Shown: positions 22,300 through 35,024, numbered from the whole stretch's first letter. The stretch is 59,222 nucleotides of DNA, filler included, from Sphacelaria rigidula (GCA_964200075.2; 7 parts of 7 records of this genome joined end to end with filler, not necessarily neighbours in it), one strand, 5' to 3'. The notes: generated from the sequence alone by a model not told the origin. Made by a program: numbers and translations.

Positions 22300-24492
22300 T
22301 CAAAACAATTGGGCCCTCTGCTTGAGTACCACACGCCTCCAAAACGGCAGTTGTCTGAAAGACGGATAGGAAATACCGAACGCTTCGAGAAACTCCACGG
22401 CAGACAACCATTCCTCCCTTCTGGCAGGGTGGACCCTCCTCGGCAACCGCCGCCCGGCCCCCTTGAGCCTACTGTAGGGTATAGCCGCCATGTCCCTGGG
22501 CACGCTCTCGCCTAGTCCTCCTCGCATTACGCCGCTCGCCCCTGCCCCAGTGCTCACCCCGACCCTAATCGCCACTCCTTCGCTGAACGGGTGAACGTTC
22601 TCTTCCGATTCATCGTCGGAATCTTGTTCGTGGGGTTCTTGTTGGTCCAAAGCTTTAAGTGCGTGCTTCATATGCTGCTCCTGCGTCAAGGCGTCCCACG
22701 ACAACCTGCCACCACCAGCACGCCAGCGTCCATAGCCACCATTGGCGTCCGAACCGAGACCGTTGTCTGCATCGACGGCCGCTGCCGCCGTCAAACCGTC
22801 AGCTACTAGTCCAGCGCTTGATGCTCGCTGATGCCAGCCCGTGATAGCTCTCCGCTGGGCGGAGTCGCGATCGGCGCCGCAGCAGGGGCATAAGGAAACG
22901 CTTACGTCCGTTCGTCTCAAGCGGGTGGGACCTGCCCGAGTCCGTTCAACATCCGCCGCCGCCGCCGCCGCTGCCGCATCGACTACCTTCAAGGTGTGCC
23001 GTTTCGGGGGGGTCTTGACGGATGTCTCCGAAGCGCCATCTGAGTCGGAAGCACCCCAGTCATACGCAGCAAGAGCACTGTCGGTAGGATCATTGGCTAC
23101 CGCGTTGAGGTGTTTTGGCTCGCAACCTCCATGCTGACGCCGTGTGTCGGACGCTGCGGTGCTTTTGCTAGTAACACTGCCGTTGCTGCTGCGTCGGTGG
23201 ACCAACAGTCTTGTCGGTTTCGGCGGGATCGACAATCCGTGTTGCCCATCCGTCGTATCGGAGTGCTCTGAATCTCCACCGACGGTGAGCACTGTAGTGA
23301 TATCCGAGGAGCAGCTTCCGCCGATCTCCGCTATCATAGAGATCGCTGTCTTGTCGGGCCAGGCGGAACCGATGTCTACTACGGAGTCGACAGGGGACGG
23401 AGCCGAAGTTTGTGGTGTCTTTGCGATCCGTCGTTCGGTGTCGTCATCGCAGTTGCGGAGGCTGAGGCAGCGTTCACCATCTTTCTCGCTGCTGGCGCTA
23501 CCAAGGCCATATTCGACGTGATCATCGCCCGGTCGCGGCTTCCTGGTGTCACCATGACTACTGACAGCGCCGCGACCGACGCCCCGCGTCATGCCGTCCT
23601 GGGACGGTGGCGTATCTACAACATCCTGGTCGTCGTATCTGCTTCTCGCGCTGTCCGACCGATACGCAGTTCCATTTCCATCATAAGAGTCATTACCGTC
23701 ACCATCAGACATATCTTCATGGCCAGAATCACACCTACTTGCGGGGATCCCTTCCTGTCCCTGGTGATACTCTCCCCACATTTTTCCCTTCACTGGTTCT
23801 TTGGGAGTCCACGCCAACGCTGCGGCCACCGCTGCGGCCAGTGCCGCGTCCTCCTCGACCTCCTCCTCAGCGCCATCATTCCCAACCGCCCACTCCGCAC
23901 CGGAACCTCCCCGTTTTCCTTCGAGCGACGAAGGTGCGATGACATCGCTCCGCGGCCGTCGTCCAAGAGGCATCACAGTACTCTCAAGCACGAGCTTCTC
24001 CAACAACGCTGCCGCCTGTTCATCATCCATCTGTGGCAAAGTTTTCCCTGCGGCGAATCCCCCGCTTTTTCGGGTGCCGTTCCAGCCCCCGTCACTCCTG
24101 CTACCGACGCCATCATCACGAGAAGCACAGCGGCACCCCCGCTCCTTTCTTGCGCGCGGATGTTTGTTCTTTACTGTCGCGGTGGGAGGCTTAGGGGGAA
24201 TTTTCCCGGCGTTAACGAGTCCGAGGCGCTCGCGAGAGGCGAAGCCATCACGCTCCAACGTGGAGTCCTTAGATACCATCAGAGATAAAGACAGAGATTG
24301 AGAGCCGTTGGCCTCTTGTTCTAGTCCCCGACGCTCTTGTCGCCCTCTATGTCGTATCCGAGCAGGAGAAGAGTCGTTTATCCGCGCATTTCTGATGTAC
24401 AACGGTCCCAGAAAGCCCGCAGACCGATCCGTTACCTGAGTTTCACCTAGGTCTCTCAATGTTACTCCCCTTGCTCCTGGTTGCTTCTTTAC
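22300..24492 (-). CDS. Terminal exon of a villin-headpiece (VHP) domain protein; 5' exons outside the contig
   Basis: Uninterrupted ~730-codon frame ending IPYSRLK...LPRRVHPARREEWLSAVEFLEAFGISYPSFRQLPFWRRVVLKQRAQLF*, aligning without gaps to villin HP35; pyrimidine tract + CAG acceptor at 24493-24494; the rest is low-complexity. Confidence 0.88.
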   Translation of the reverse strand, partial: VKKQPGARGVTLRDLGETQVTDRSAGFLGPLYIRNARINDSSPARIRHRGRQERRGLEQEANGSQSLSLSLMVSKDSTLERDGFASRERLGLVNAGKIPPKPPTATVKNKHPRARKERGCRCASRDDGVGSRSDGGWNGTRKSGGFAAGKTLPQMDDEQAAALLEKLVLESTVMPLGRRPRSDVIAPSSLEGKRGGSGAEWAVGNDGAEEEVEEDAALAAAVAAALAWTPKEPVKGKMWGEYHQGQEGIPASRCDSGHEDMSDGDGNDSYDGNGTAYRSDSARSRYDDQDVVDTPPSQDGMTRGVGRGAVSSHGDTRKPRPGDDHVEYGLGSASSEKDGERCLSLRNCDDDTERRIAKTPQTSAPSPVDSVVDIGSAWPDKTAISMIAEIGGSCSSDITTVLTVGGDSEHSDTTDGQHGLSIPPKPTRLLVHRRSSNGSVTSKSTAASDTRRQHGGCEPKHLNAVANDPTDSALAAYDWGASDSDGASETSVKTPPKRHTLKVVDAAAAAAAADVERTRAGPTRLRRTDVSVSLCPCCGADRDSAQRRAITGWHQRASSAGLVADGLTAAAAVDADNGLGSDANGGYGRWRAGGGRLSWDALTQEQHMKHALKALDQQEPHEQDSDDESEENVHPFSEGVAIRVGVSTGAGASGVMRGGLGESVPRDMAAIPYSRLKGAGRRLPRRVHPARREEWLSAVEFLEAFGISYPSFRQLPFWRRVVLKQRAQLF

Positions 24493-25005
24493 CTGCACAA
24501 GGAAAGCGGAAAATTTCAAAACAGCATGGGCAGGATCGTTCGGGAAAAATAGCCCGTTGGTGTTAGCCTCGTGGTTGACATAAACAAAGCATATTCATCA
24601 ATGGATATGGGGCGCCAGTTTAGCCAGAGAATTTTCGGCGTCATATGTCGGTGGCCTGCGGGGAGGGAGTATTCGACAGACCACGGGACTGAAAACGACA
24701 TCTAATGCACCTGTCGAAAGGAATTTTCGCCCCATAGTCGGACGTGGCCACTTTCACACTAGAGGGAGATGTACCAATTAAGAAACAGAGCCAATTAAGG
24801 TACAAGCTTTTTTAATCGTCCATATCGCCGCAAAATATTAACCGTTTTCCGTTCTGTTTTTTTCTGCGTGTGCACAAGAGCATGGCGCTTTGTTTGAGCT
24901 ATTGTATGTGTCTCAAGAATCCGATTACGTAGTCTTACAGCACTGCGAGTAAGCGCGTATGTGGCATCCTCCAAAATCAGCTTTTTGGTCGATCGGCTGC
25001 TAAGC

Positions 25006-25216
25006 ATGCAGAGAGCAGAACGTGCAGCACAGGCCGTATAAGCGGTACACAGCGGTCGTCCTAGCTTCCGTGCTGCAGCTACGACCTTTGACATCTCCGT
25101 CGGTGCACTTCAGAAGCGTATGAGTGGTAGCGTGGGCATAGCTGGCAGGGGTGATCCACACACTGCACTGACGACCGAGAAAGAACACTTCATCAAAGAT
25201 ACGCTCAAGTTTGCCA
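25006..25216 (+). pseudogene. pogo/Fot1-type transposase N-terminal HTH (psq/CENP-B-like) fragment
   Basis: MQRAERAAQAV*AVHSGRPSFRAAATTFDISVGALQKRMSG...TALTTEKEHFIKDTL; one stop; flanked by ~95-bp direct repeats (~24805-24901, ~25225-25320). Confidence 0.65.
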
Positions 25217-25325
25217 AGCTACCAGTTCTTTCAATCGTCCATAACTCCGCGAAATATTGATCGTTTTCCATTCTGTCTTTTGCTGCGTGTGCACAAAAGC
25301 ACGGCGCTTTGTTAGAGCTACAGCA

Positions 25326-25425
25326 NNNNNNNNNNNNNNNNNNNNNNNNNNNNNNNNNNNNNNNNNNNNTTAATTAATTAANNNNNNNNNNNNNNNNNNN
25401 NNNNNNNNNNNNNNNNNNNNNNNNN
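25326..25425. other. Assembly spacer between contigs 3 and 4
   Basis: N44-TTAATTAATTAA-N44. Confidence 0.98.
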
Positions 25426-26835
25426 TGATTCATGCATCACAACTGCTATCCCACATCATATCCTCACATCAGACCAAACCTTCGTGACCGGCACCTGCGA
25501 TCCCAACACTACATACATACAGTCAATACCATACGAAGCGTTGAAGAGCATGGCTCCGCAGCCTCATTTTCCAACAGTATCACAGTAGAGTGATCAATTC
25601 CAATGATGTAACAACAAAATTCTTCACCGTGAGAGCTATATCCACGAGTGGTTTCGCGGGATCGTGCCTGAGCGGGACCCTTGACCGAGGACTGATCGGA
25701 CCCGTTGTTCCCACACCACAAGCCTGAGCTAGCGCCGGCCGACGTTCACTCGGCGCGTATGAAATGAGACAGCACCGTTAATATTTTGGTGTGTGGTCGG
25801 GAGCCGTGGTTGTCTTGGGTACATTCGCGTGGAACGTTGAATCACCTGAGGCTGGGGGAGATTTCCCTCAGGCTGTGGTCTTCTCTTCTCTTTTTCTTGT
25901 GTACCAAGCACCGGGTCTGCTAGCAAGTACGGAGACTGGCACCGTGATTTCGGGTGTCGTCGTGAAGGTATGCGACCACCATTTTGTACTCCAGACAGGT
26001 TTCAGTGCAAAACATTGTCGGGTGGTACATGGAGTTGTCTGAACAGCGTTTTTGATGGGGCGCGGGGCGCGAAGTACTAGGCTGGCTACGGTGGTACTCA
26101 ATACAGTCTGGTGTGTATGGAAGCGCGTGGGGCTGCTGGTAAGGGCGTTTGGACCCTTAGCAAAACACCCTGTGTGGCCCTCACTTCGGAGAAGCATCGC
26201 GATGCAAGTTTATCGATGCCAGTCATATGATGGTATCGATTTTGAAATACCGTAGTAGTGATTTTAAAACAAAATGACACTGCATTACCCATATGCGTTG
26301 GGGGGATGTTTGTCACGTTGGGGGAAGTTCAAAACAGTTCGAGCGGTATGTCGAGGAATTGTATGCAATACATGCCTTGACACACAGCTTGTGGCACATG
26401 GGGGAACAACCCGAAATTGAAAAACACCTGTCCATATAATGCATAGATGCAGAGGTGCGATGCACTGGGATATCCGACGCGTTTGGTTCGGACAGTGTTT
26501 GTGCGCATGATGGTTTTAGTCAGTACCGAGTGTCCCGTCCTTCAGCGCTTTCTCTCAAATTGCACCCTCACTACGAAAGTGGGAGAGCTGGACAATTGTT
26601 TGCTGGTGTACTATATGTCGAAACTGAGAGACTTCACACCGAAGAGCCAGTGGCTCGAACAGGATATCGACCCAAGCACCACAACTTGTATGCGCTGCTT
26701 AAAAGCGCAACTCGTGATCGGGATAAAGATGTTTGATGGACAGACTACTGAACACAAGCGGCTACACATCCCCAGCAGGCTGGGCTGGGTGACGCATGCT
26801 TGAAGGTGTACTGGTATCAAAAATCCACGTGAAAA

Positions 26836-26849
26836 CACACACACACACA

Positions 26850-26892
<43 letters not shown>
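26836..26892. repeat. (AC)n microsatellite, one interruption
   Basis: Direct reading. Confidence 0.95.
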
Positions 26893-26895
<3 letters not shown>

Positions 26896-29256
26896 GACGG
26901 GGCGCACGCCTGCGGGGTGAAAATAGTATTGCCGCTGAACGGCTGTGTGTGTAGAACACTTGTGTGTAGTGGAGCTAGACGGAATTGACCCGCAAGCTTC
27001 GGTCGGCACCTGGAATGTTGCTCCAGCACGAGGGTTGCGCGGGCAAACGTGACTTGTGGTACCCGACCGGAAGGGCGGTTCTCGTGTGATGAACTCCAAG
27101 AAAAAAAAGAGGCGACCGAACATCGTGTAGTGCTACAAAAACCTGGCGATGGCCGTATTTGTCTGTCGGTGGTGGTACGATTTAGAGACTGTGTTGCTAC
27201 CGTGGTACTCATGTACCGTAGTGCCGAATAACCCGAACACGTGTACGTGTTCGAGAGGATGTGACACTCGACGGCAGCCGTATCACATGCCTGCGACAAT
27301 CAAATCAAGCTCTCCGGCGAATAGGTATCGAGTGCATGGGAGGCAGACGCACCTATCGCTGAACAGCTCGTGGTGCGGGGTTAGTGGACCGTATCGGAAC
27401 CATGACAGCAACGCACTGTAGCTACAACCCGACTCCAATTTACTGTACTGCAGTGCAGGGTAATTCAGAACAAGCACAAAAAATACTCTTCCGTTCGTGC
27501 ACAGGGTGGGGTGTTCCCAGTTACCCTGCGCACTACAGTAAGTGCAGAGAAAGTTAAGTACCGAAGAGTACATGGAACCGAAGGACCCGTAACCACAACG
27601 CCGGTGTCTCGGCCAGGGTGTTGATCTGATCACGACCGCTGGCATGGGCTATGGAAACTCGCAGGCCAAACTGAATAGGCCGCTCGAAAATACTGGCCGA
27701 TCCACCAGTAGATGAAACTTGGTGACAGCGATGCCGAAAAGTAAAGTATCCAACGCTGCCACGAGAAAACAAAATATATACCCGGTACAGGGCATCGCCC
27801 ATGAAAGCAACGCAGTTGCTGATCATGGCTGCATCATGCGTGGGCACGTGGAAATGAAAATGCACTGTGCTTTCCGGTTCACGCATACAACTTGATAAAC
27901 GAAGTGCCGGACGGAACAATTTGGTCGGTCTGTACTCCTGTGCTGTGAAGGGTAGCTGTACTCGCAGAAGACATGCACCAGACACCATACGAAGGTGTGA
28001 TGCCTTACTGTTAAATGATCGTGTATCGGTTTACCACCCCATGACGCAACACAACAGTGCACACCTATGGCGGAAACGTATCACTCGAAAAGGTACACAC
28101 ATGGGTAGCAGTGATCAACAGCGTGTGGTTCCTCCGCATGTTTTCATGAAAAAATGTAGGAACGGAGAAAAGAGACTCCTGTACAAAATCGAAAATATAT
28201 GGGCTACATACGGTGAATATATGAGCACGGCATCAGATCGCTACCGATGAAGAGTGCCGTACAAAAGCGATACCTCGGCGTTTTTGGCGTGGTGGTCGGA
28301 GGGTAAATTCCATCCTCGGGGTGGAGCGATGCTGTGCTGTCGCGGCATCACGAAAGCAATCATGCAAAATTATGCACAGAAAGCAAACTGGACTACATAT
28401 TGCTCCGCACGGGCGGATGGTAACACTAGGCGCAACACTGAAAGCGTTCTTGTGCTGCACGCATGGGGTTATCCAGGCGTACACCGACGAACTGTAAGCA
28501 AAGGGAAAATGGCCAATGCTGATCAAGAAATGAAACGTCGAGAGTGTTGGTAGGGTGCACTACGTGAGCAAAATTGCGCAGCGGACGATGATGCACCCCG
28601 GTGCTCTGTACACACAAACCTCGACGCAGCCCGCTTGGGGTTTCTTTGTTCGGACCTGGGACCAACTGTACACGTACTGTTTTGCGCCAGGAACGGGGTA
28701 GACAGCAAGGGAACGATCGTAGCATTTACAGAATCCACGAAGCCACAGCACGCTATATTCAATAGCGAGCGGGAGGTGCACGCTGATGGTACGATCGTTA
28801 CTTGTGCCGGCGGCAGCCAAGGGCGAACGTGTGCACAGGAAGGGGCTCCAGAAAGGGGGGGGGAAATATGTGCAGCTGTATGTAGTATACCGGCAGGTGG
28901 GAAAAAACGGAAAATGCTCGGTATCAACAACAACTGCGACTGGTTAATGTACACGCGCGCGCGGAATACGCACATAGGCACAGCTAGTCATGCGGTCGAC
29001 ACGGCACACCAGAAAACGCTCAATGCAGGCGGCACAGTGGTGCGCGCTAATACTACACGCGCCACTGCTGCGGCCAGCAGTCAAGGGTAAACCAGCGTAC
29101 AGGAGCGGCACGAGAAAAGAAAACAAAAATGAGCCGTGGACCTGAAACAGGCCCTCACACGGGACAGTAAAGTGAAGCAGATACCCAAAATCCTTGACTC
29201 GGCTGTTATTGCCATATGCCTCAGGGAGGCACAGAAGTACACCTTGCAAGGCAGTA

Positions 29257-31824
29257 CACACGTGGACAAATAGCACCCTGTGGGGCACGTCTACAGGGCT
29301 CAGGGAAATTGTGCAGTGTTTCTCACGGGGATCTGGCTGTAGATTTTTTTTCGCCCCACCGGAAGCTTCACAGGGTTTCAGGGAAACTGTGCAGGGTTCC
29401 TCGCGGGGATTTGACTGTAGGGTATTATTTCGTGCCACACGGGGCGCTAGGACGCTTCACAGGGTTTCAGGGAAACTGTGCAGGGTTCCTCGCGGGGATT
29501 TGACTGTAGGGTATTATTTCGTGCCACACAGGGCGCTTCACAGGGTTTCGTCACTCCGTGTAGAATTCATTGCTGTCAATATGCTGTACAGCCTTTGCAG
29601 CGCACATACAATATACTCCCTACAGCATGGGCATGGTACTGGCAGAAAAAACGGTTAAGAAATTACAGCAGTGGGAATCGAGGCCACGACCTTGTGTTTC
29701 GAGGTGCGTCGGTGTGCATATTGAGCTACCTGGCCTGGTGAAACACATGAAATATTTTTTGCTTCTAATATCTATGAAGCAAAAACCTCTCTAAACAAAA
29801 GCATACTCGGTTGAGTGGTTTTGGTAGACTGGGCACCACGGGGTTTTCAAAAACAATGTACAGTGATATGAGAGGTATATACTCAGGGTAGGTCGAGTAG
29901 AGTATGTACTGTTGAGTACTCGAGTAAAATACTCGAGTATTTACTTTACTCGACGTTTGAGTAGGTCGAGTACGGCCTCAAATACTCTACTCAAATTTTG
30001 AGTAGGTCAAGTACGGCCTCCGATACTCTACTCAATTTTTGAATAGATCGTATACGACCTCAAATACTCTACTCAATTATTGAGTAGGCACTCTCAGTAA
30101 TACTTGAATATAGAGTATCACTTGAGTATGACCTCAATACTCTACTCAAATTTTGAGTAGGTCGAGTACGGCCTCAAATACTCTACTCCAATTTTGAGTA
30201 CGTCGAGTACAGCCTCGAATACTGTACTCAAATTTTGAGTAGATCATGTACAACCTCAAATACTTTACTCCAATTTTGAGTAAGTACTCTCAGTAATACT
30301 TGAGTATAGAGTACCCCATGGGTATGGTGAGTATCCCTGACAGTCGGCGACTTCGTGACGTAACTTCACATACTATGTTGACTACATGGGCGAAGGATGG
30401 CCATCAATTAGATGGGCGGCGTTACATCACAGCCAACAATCAGTATGAGCGAATGGTGGCCATAAAAAAAACAAAAAAGCGCACAGGGCCCTTCGACGAA
30501 AACGCAAGATTCATTCTACCCTAGTTTTGTACCATTTGGTTCTGATCCGAATGTTTGCTGAAGTTTGACCTTGAATCCACACTCATCATGGGTGGGCAAC
30601 TTTAGGAATACCTCGGTATTTCCTCTACGCGAGCTTGAGTATCGTGCATACAAACTTGAATATTGAAGTCATAGGTTTTCGGTACATCGGATTCGGCCTT
30701 AAATACTCTACTCAATTTTTGAGTACGTCGAGTAGGGTCTCCGATACTCTACTCAAATTTTGAGTAGATCGAGTACGACCTCAAATACTCTACTCAAATT
30801 TTGAGTAAGTGCTCTCAGTAATACTTGAGTATAGAGTATCACTTAAGTATGACATTAATACTCTACCCAAAATTTGAGTACGTCGAGTACGGTCTCAAAT
30901 ACTCTACTCAAACTTTGAGTAGGTTGAGTACGGCCTCAAATACTCTACTCAAAAATTGAGAACTAAAAGTATGATTCTTCAAAAATACTGAGTATTGAGT
31001 ATACTCTACTCGACCTACCCTTGGTATATACCGTTCCACTAGCATCATATCACGCCAAGTGTGTGCTTGAAGCACAGGTGTGGACATACACACGTGACCA
31101 ATGTGTGGGATCTCTACTCAGCGAAAGCTGTTGAGAAATATTCACCCTTTGGGGCTATAGGATGAATTTCTCTCAACATCGTTTGTTGCGTATATGATCC
31201 CATACGCTGGTAATGGTGCAGTATGCGGGATATGCACAGCTGACGCTTCTTGCCATAAATCTCTTTTCCCCTAATTTCCGAATGAAATTGGAGGGCGAAG
31301 TGAAGATTTATTTTGAGCTTCTTCTGCTGTTCTAATTCCAAATCTGCCAGTGTGCATGGGATTTGCGCAGCAGAAGAAGCTATTCGAAACAACTCCTTTT
31401 TTTTTCCCAATTTATATGGGCGAAAAAAGGATCTATTTTGAATAGGTTCTCCTGCTGTTCGATATATATATTGTTTTTGCCCAAATAAAATGGGCGAAAA
31501 AAGGATCTGTTTTGGAATAGCTTCTCCTGCTGTCCGAGATATATTCCTTTTTGCCCGATTTGAATCGGGCAAAAAGGAATATATCTCGGACAGCAGGAGA
31601 AGCCATTCCAAAAATACATATTTACAGATTTTGTACCAAAATAATTTGGAATTTTCGAAATTGGGAAGGCCTCTCCACAGGGTTGCTTGCAGGGTTTCGA
31701 CAAAAACGCTATGCAAAATGCTATTACAGGTGCTAGGGTTTGCAAATGCTGCACAGGAGTTTTCACAAAGACTGTGGAGAACCCTGTGCAGCTCGTCCTA
31801 CAGGGTGCTATTTGTCCACGTGTG
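29257..31824. mobile_element. Non-autonomous TIR DNA transposon, CAC...GTG ends, TA on both flanks (CMC/EnSpm-like or Tc1/mariner-like)
   Basis: Perfect 25-bp TIR CACACGTGGACAAATAGCACCCTGT; TA at 29255-29256 and 31825-31826; ~89-bp subterminal tandem repeats at 29365-29549; no ORF. Confidence 0.85.
29883..31023. mobile_element. Non-autonomous hAT-type element with 41-bp palindromic tandem arrays
   Basis: TIR AGGGTAGGTCGAGTAGAGTAT; 8-bp TSD GTATATAC (29875-29882, 31024-31031); unit ATACTCTACTCAAATTTTGAGTAGGTCGAGTACGGCCTCAA. Confidence 0.85.
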
Positions 31825-32449
31825 TATCACTTGTTTCCCACCCTAGCATACTCGACTAGAGCGGCGCGTGATTTTTCGTGACAATGAAGTTGCGCACCAT
31901 CACTTCACTATCACCATCGATTATCATTGAATTAAATTGCACACGCGGAGAGCTTTATTTTCGAGCAGCACGCGCGCTAGCGTTTTCCGTGTTGTCGACA
32001 TCGTGCCAGCGCGTTGTGCACCAAAGCGCTGTACTCCCCTGTGGCAGCCCGTCACGGTAGAGTTCCTCATGTGTCATCACGTTTCATTCAAAAACACCCA
32101 GAAGAGATGCCAGCGAGTCCATCGTTGTTGCACTTGGACTGTGGTGAACCAGTTGTTCTTCGATAGAACCCCCCGCATGCTGCGTGTTGTACCGAATAGT
32201 ATATACCGTACCAGTTCAAAAACGGATACTATATGCATCATATGTACGCCACCGACATGCTCTGTTTATCATGAACTCTGTACGAGGAGCGGGAAGCGTA
32301 GCTTTTGTCAGGGAATGCAAGGACGCAACCGTACTGCAGTACAGGCAGTATGAAACACTTGATTCGAACGAGACACAAGATGAATACCTGGACGTTTTCG
32401 TACTGGAACGAGTCCACCAGTCCCTTCACTTCCTACCGTACAAAAATAA

Positions 32450-32709
32450 CAAGGGTTGGACGAATCAATGATTCGTCCGGGAATCATTCGATTTTTAGTG
32501 TAATTCATTCGTACCGTACGCATCAATCCTTAGGCCTTGTTTTCAGCGTTGAAACCCAGGTACGCGTAGCCCAGGCACGTGGAACGGCACAAAAGTTGTG
32601 CGGAGACCTGTTTGACCAGCGGTCGACTTTTTCCTCTCTTTCGGGCAATCAGGCCTGCGAAATCGTAGATTTGGTGATTCGAATCGGCGATGATTCGTCC
32701 GAGCCGTAG
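32450..32709. mobile_element. Possible small MITE
   Basis: GGACGAATCA near the left end and TGATTCGTCC near the right end; outer ends poorly matched. Confidence 0.35.
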
Positions 32710-33621
32710 AAGATAGATACCACGTGTAAATTACACAACAAGTTACCGGCAGACCTTTTCACTTTAATGTAAAAGGGCCCAGTCAAGACCATTCCGGTTT
32801 CACCGCCGAAATCCGGGACCGCAACGTCATATCACGAACACCGAAAAAATATAATCCAAACTTTGTTCTTACTTTCATAGCACTGGCCGAACCAACAGTT
32901 TGCGGGATTTCTCTCGACGTCAGAGCGCAATTGGTACCACCCAATGAATAGAGTCGATGCGCGTGCGTTGATATCGTGCTGCATAGCAAGTAGAAAAGGT
33001 CAAGTTGGATACCATGATTTGATCAAGATTTGTGTTTAGCGTCGATACATTAGTTCGATCGAGAATAACATTGAGCCTCGCGCACAATCGGTGATTCGCC
33101 CAAGGGCATCGCCAGATCACCCGCCATACACTTGTGCACCCAAGGGCGCACCGCACCATGTACGAATCATTACTATGCACACGAGGCACGGTCGATGGCT
33201 ACCTCCTATAAAGACAACCATGAATAGTGTAGACCTATGCATGCAACCTATCTGAAGAAATAGCATTTCTAGTTTTTCCACTAGGCTTAATCAGAATGCG
33301 GAACCGTCATCATGATCGTTGCCCGCGTCCGATAACGAGTTATCTCTCTCTCTGAACAGCTGCATTCGGAATCTGAATCTCCAATGCAGATCCCGGCTGA
33401 ATACTCCCACCCACGGCGGATGGACCTATCTGGTTCACCGTTGAGACGAAGTCGACGAGTCAAATCTGATCCCGCATCCAACCCCCTTACCGTTTCCCCG
33501 TCGCCGTCGCGCCAGCACGGATCCCCACCGTGACTCATATGCACAGCTGCCCCCGACGCGTTGCTCGCTCAATTCGCCTCGACCCTTCGACGGCACGCCG
33601 TAGGCCCGCCCCTTCCATCGT

Positions 33622-33800
33622 TCAGCATTGATCTGTTTCTCTCATCATGAGATCGGCCGCGTGCTCCGCTATTTCTGCCGCCGATATCATCAGGCGCGAG
33701 TCTCGCCGGTCGCCCGCGAACAAGGTGGGGGCTGTGACGCTAGCCAGCGCTAGAATGACAGCGTCAATATGCTTGTTCGAGGGACTCCCCAGCTCTCGCT
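33622..33800 (-). CDS. Possible last-exon fragment of an unknown host gene, cut by contig end
   Basis: GC-rich frame open from the contig edge for ~58 codons (RELGSPSNKHIDAVILALASV...ETDQC*); no domain recognised. Confidence 0.3.
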
Positions 33801-33900
33801 NNNNNNNNNNNNNNNNNNNNNNNNNNNNNNNNNNNNNNNNNNNNTTAATTAATTAANNNNNNNNNNNNNNNNNNNNNNNNNNNNNNNNNNNNNNNNNNNN
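33801..33900. other. Assembly spacer between contigs 4 and 5
   Basis: N44-TTAATTAATTAA-N44. Confidence 0.98.
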
Positions 33901-34821
33901 CTGTGAGCGACCTAGAACTAAAGATCAGAATAATCGTGATATTAGTTACCTCTATAGAGAGAGAGGGATTTGCTTTTTTTTTTCCTCCGAATGATCTGAT
34001 TTTCGTCGTTCAAAGCGTGAGGGCGTGTATGAATTGCAAAAAGAGTATGGTCAAGTGATACTGTTTTACGACATTCGATGCAAAACCTGAGTGCTGACCC
34101 AATCCGCGTTGCCAGGATGTAAAGTGTGTACCGGGGGAGAGAGGGACTAGCGAGACCGCCCCCCCCCCCGCACCCCAAAAACGAAAAAGGGCAACCGACG
34201 AAAGCAAGCAACAAATGAGGACCCCCCCCCAAAAAAAAAGAAAAAAAAGAAAAAAAAAGAGGAAAACATACATCACACAAACACCGCACGAAGCAGGGGG
34301 GGGGGGGAGGGACTCGTTTGTTGCTTGCCTTAGTCGTGTGACCATTGACCACGCACCCCTTTCGAGACGGAGCACGGAGCAAGGGGGGGAAATTTGAAAT
34401 TTTTAACAGATCCTCACCAAGGTACGTAGACGGTGCTTTTGCTTCCTTGTATAGTGAGTCCTATACTGTCGTATCCAGGAGATTCTTCGAGTGTTGTATA
34501 CGCCTGTGCCGCAAAGAGCCGCTCGCTCGAAGAAAAAATATACACAGCGGTTAACCGACGTGGGCATCTTTATCCTTCCGTCTTCAGGGCAAGAAAAGGA
34601 GGGGGATGGCGGGGGAGCCCTGCCGTTAATGTCTTGTGTCGCCTTCTTTGTTTTTGCTGCTGTGTGCGTATTCTCCACCCCGTCGCTGCAGGGGGCCGTG
34701 CATCAAGACCGGAGAGCAAATGCTGGCCAGGGTGGCGTTCGACGAGTGAGTGAAAAGGGACACCGAATTACCTTGCAGTAGCCATATTCTACACTTCAAC
34801 GGGTAAGTTAAGTTAATCCGG

Positions 34822-35024
34822 ACCGGTCGCCCCGGTGCCTTAGCTGGTAACTTTCCCTTTCGCGATAAAAAAATAAAGGCGAGCACCGCAGAAGAAGGGT
34901 GGAGTACTACAACAAATAAAAAAGAAAAAAAAATGCTGTGTTGGTCTTGCTCCCGTGTGACCCCGGCGGGTGCGCCCACATATACCGAAAGGTGTAGACC
35001 CGCATCCAGAGAAGAAGGGACGAC

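Noticed and set aside
22841..24301. Plus-strand ORFs of 98-292 aa overlapping the headpiece exon
   Set aside because: Antisense shadows of a GC-rich coding exon with no independent signal.
29950..30960. 41-bp palindromic array as a CRISPR array
   Set aside because: Units are head-to-tail with no unique spacers, lie inside TIRs with an 8-bp TSD, and no cas genes are present in this eukaryotic context.
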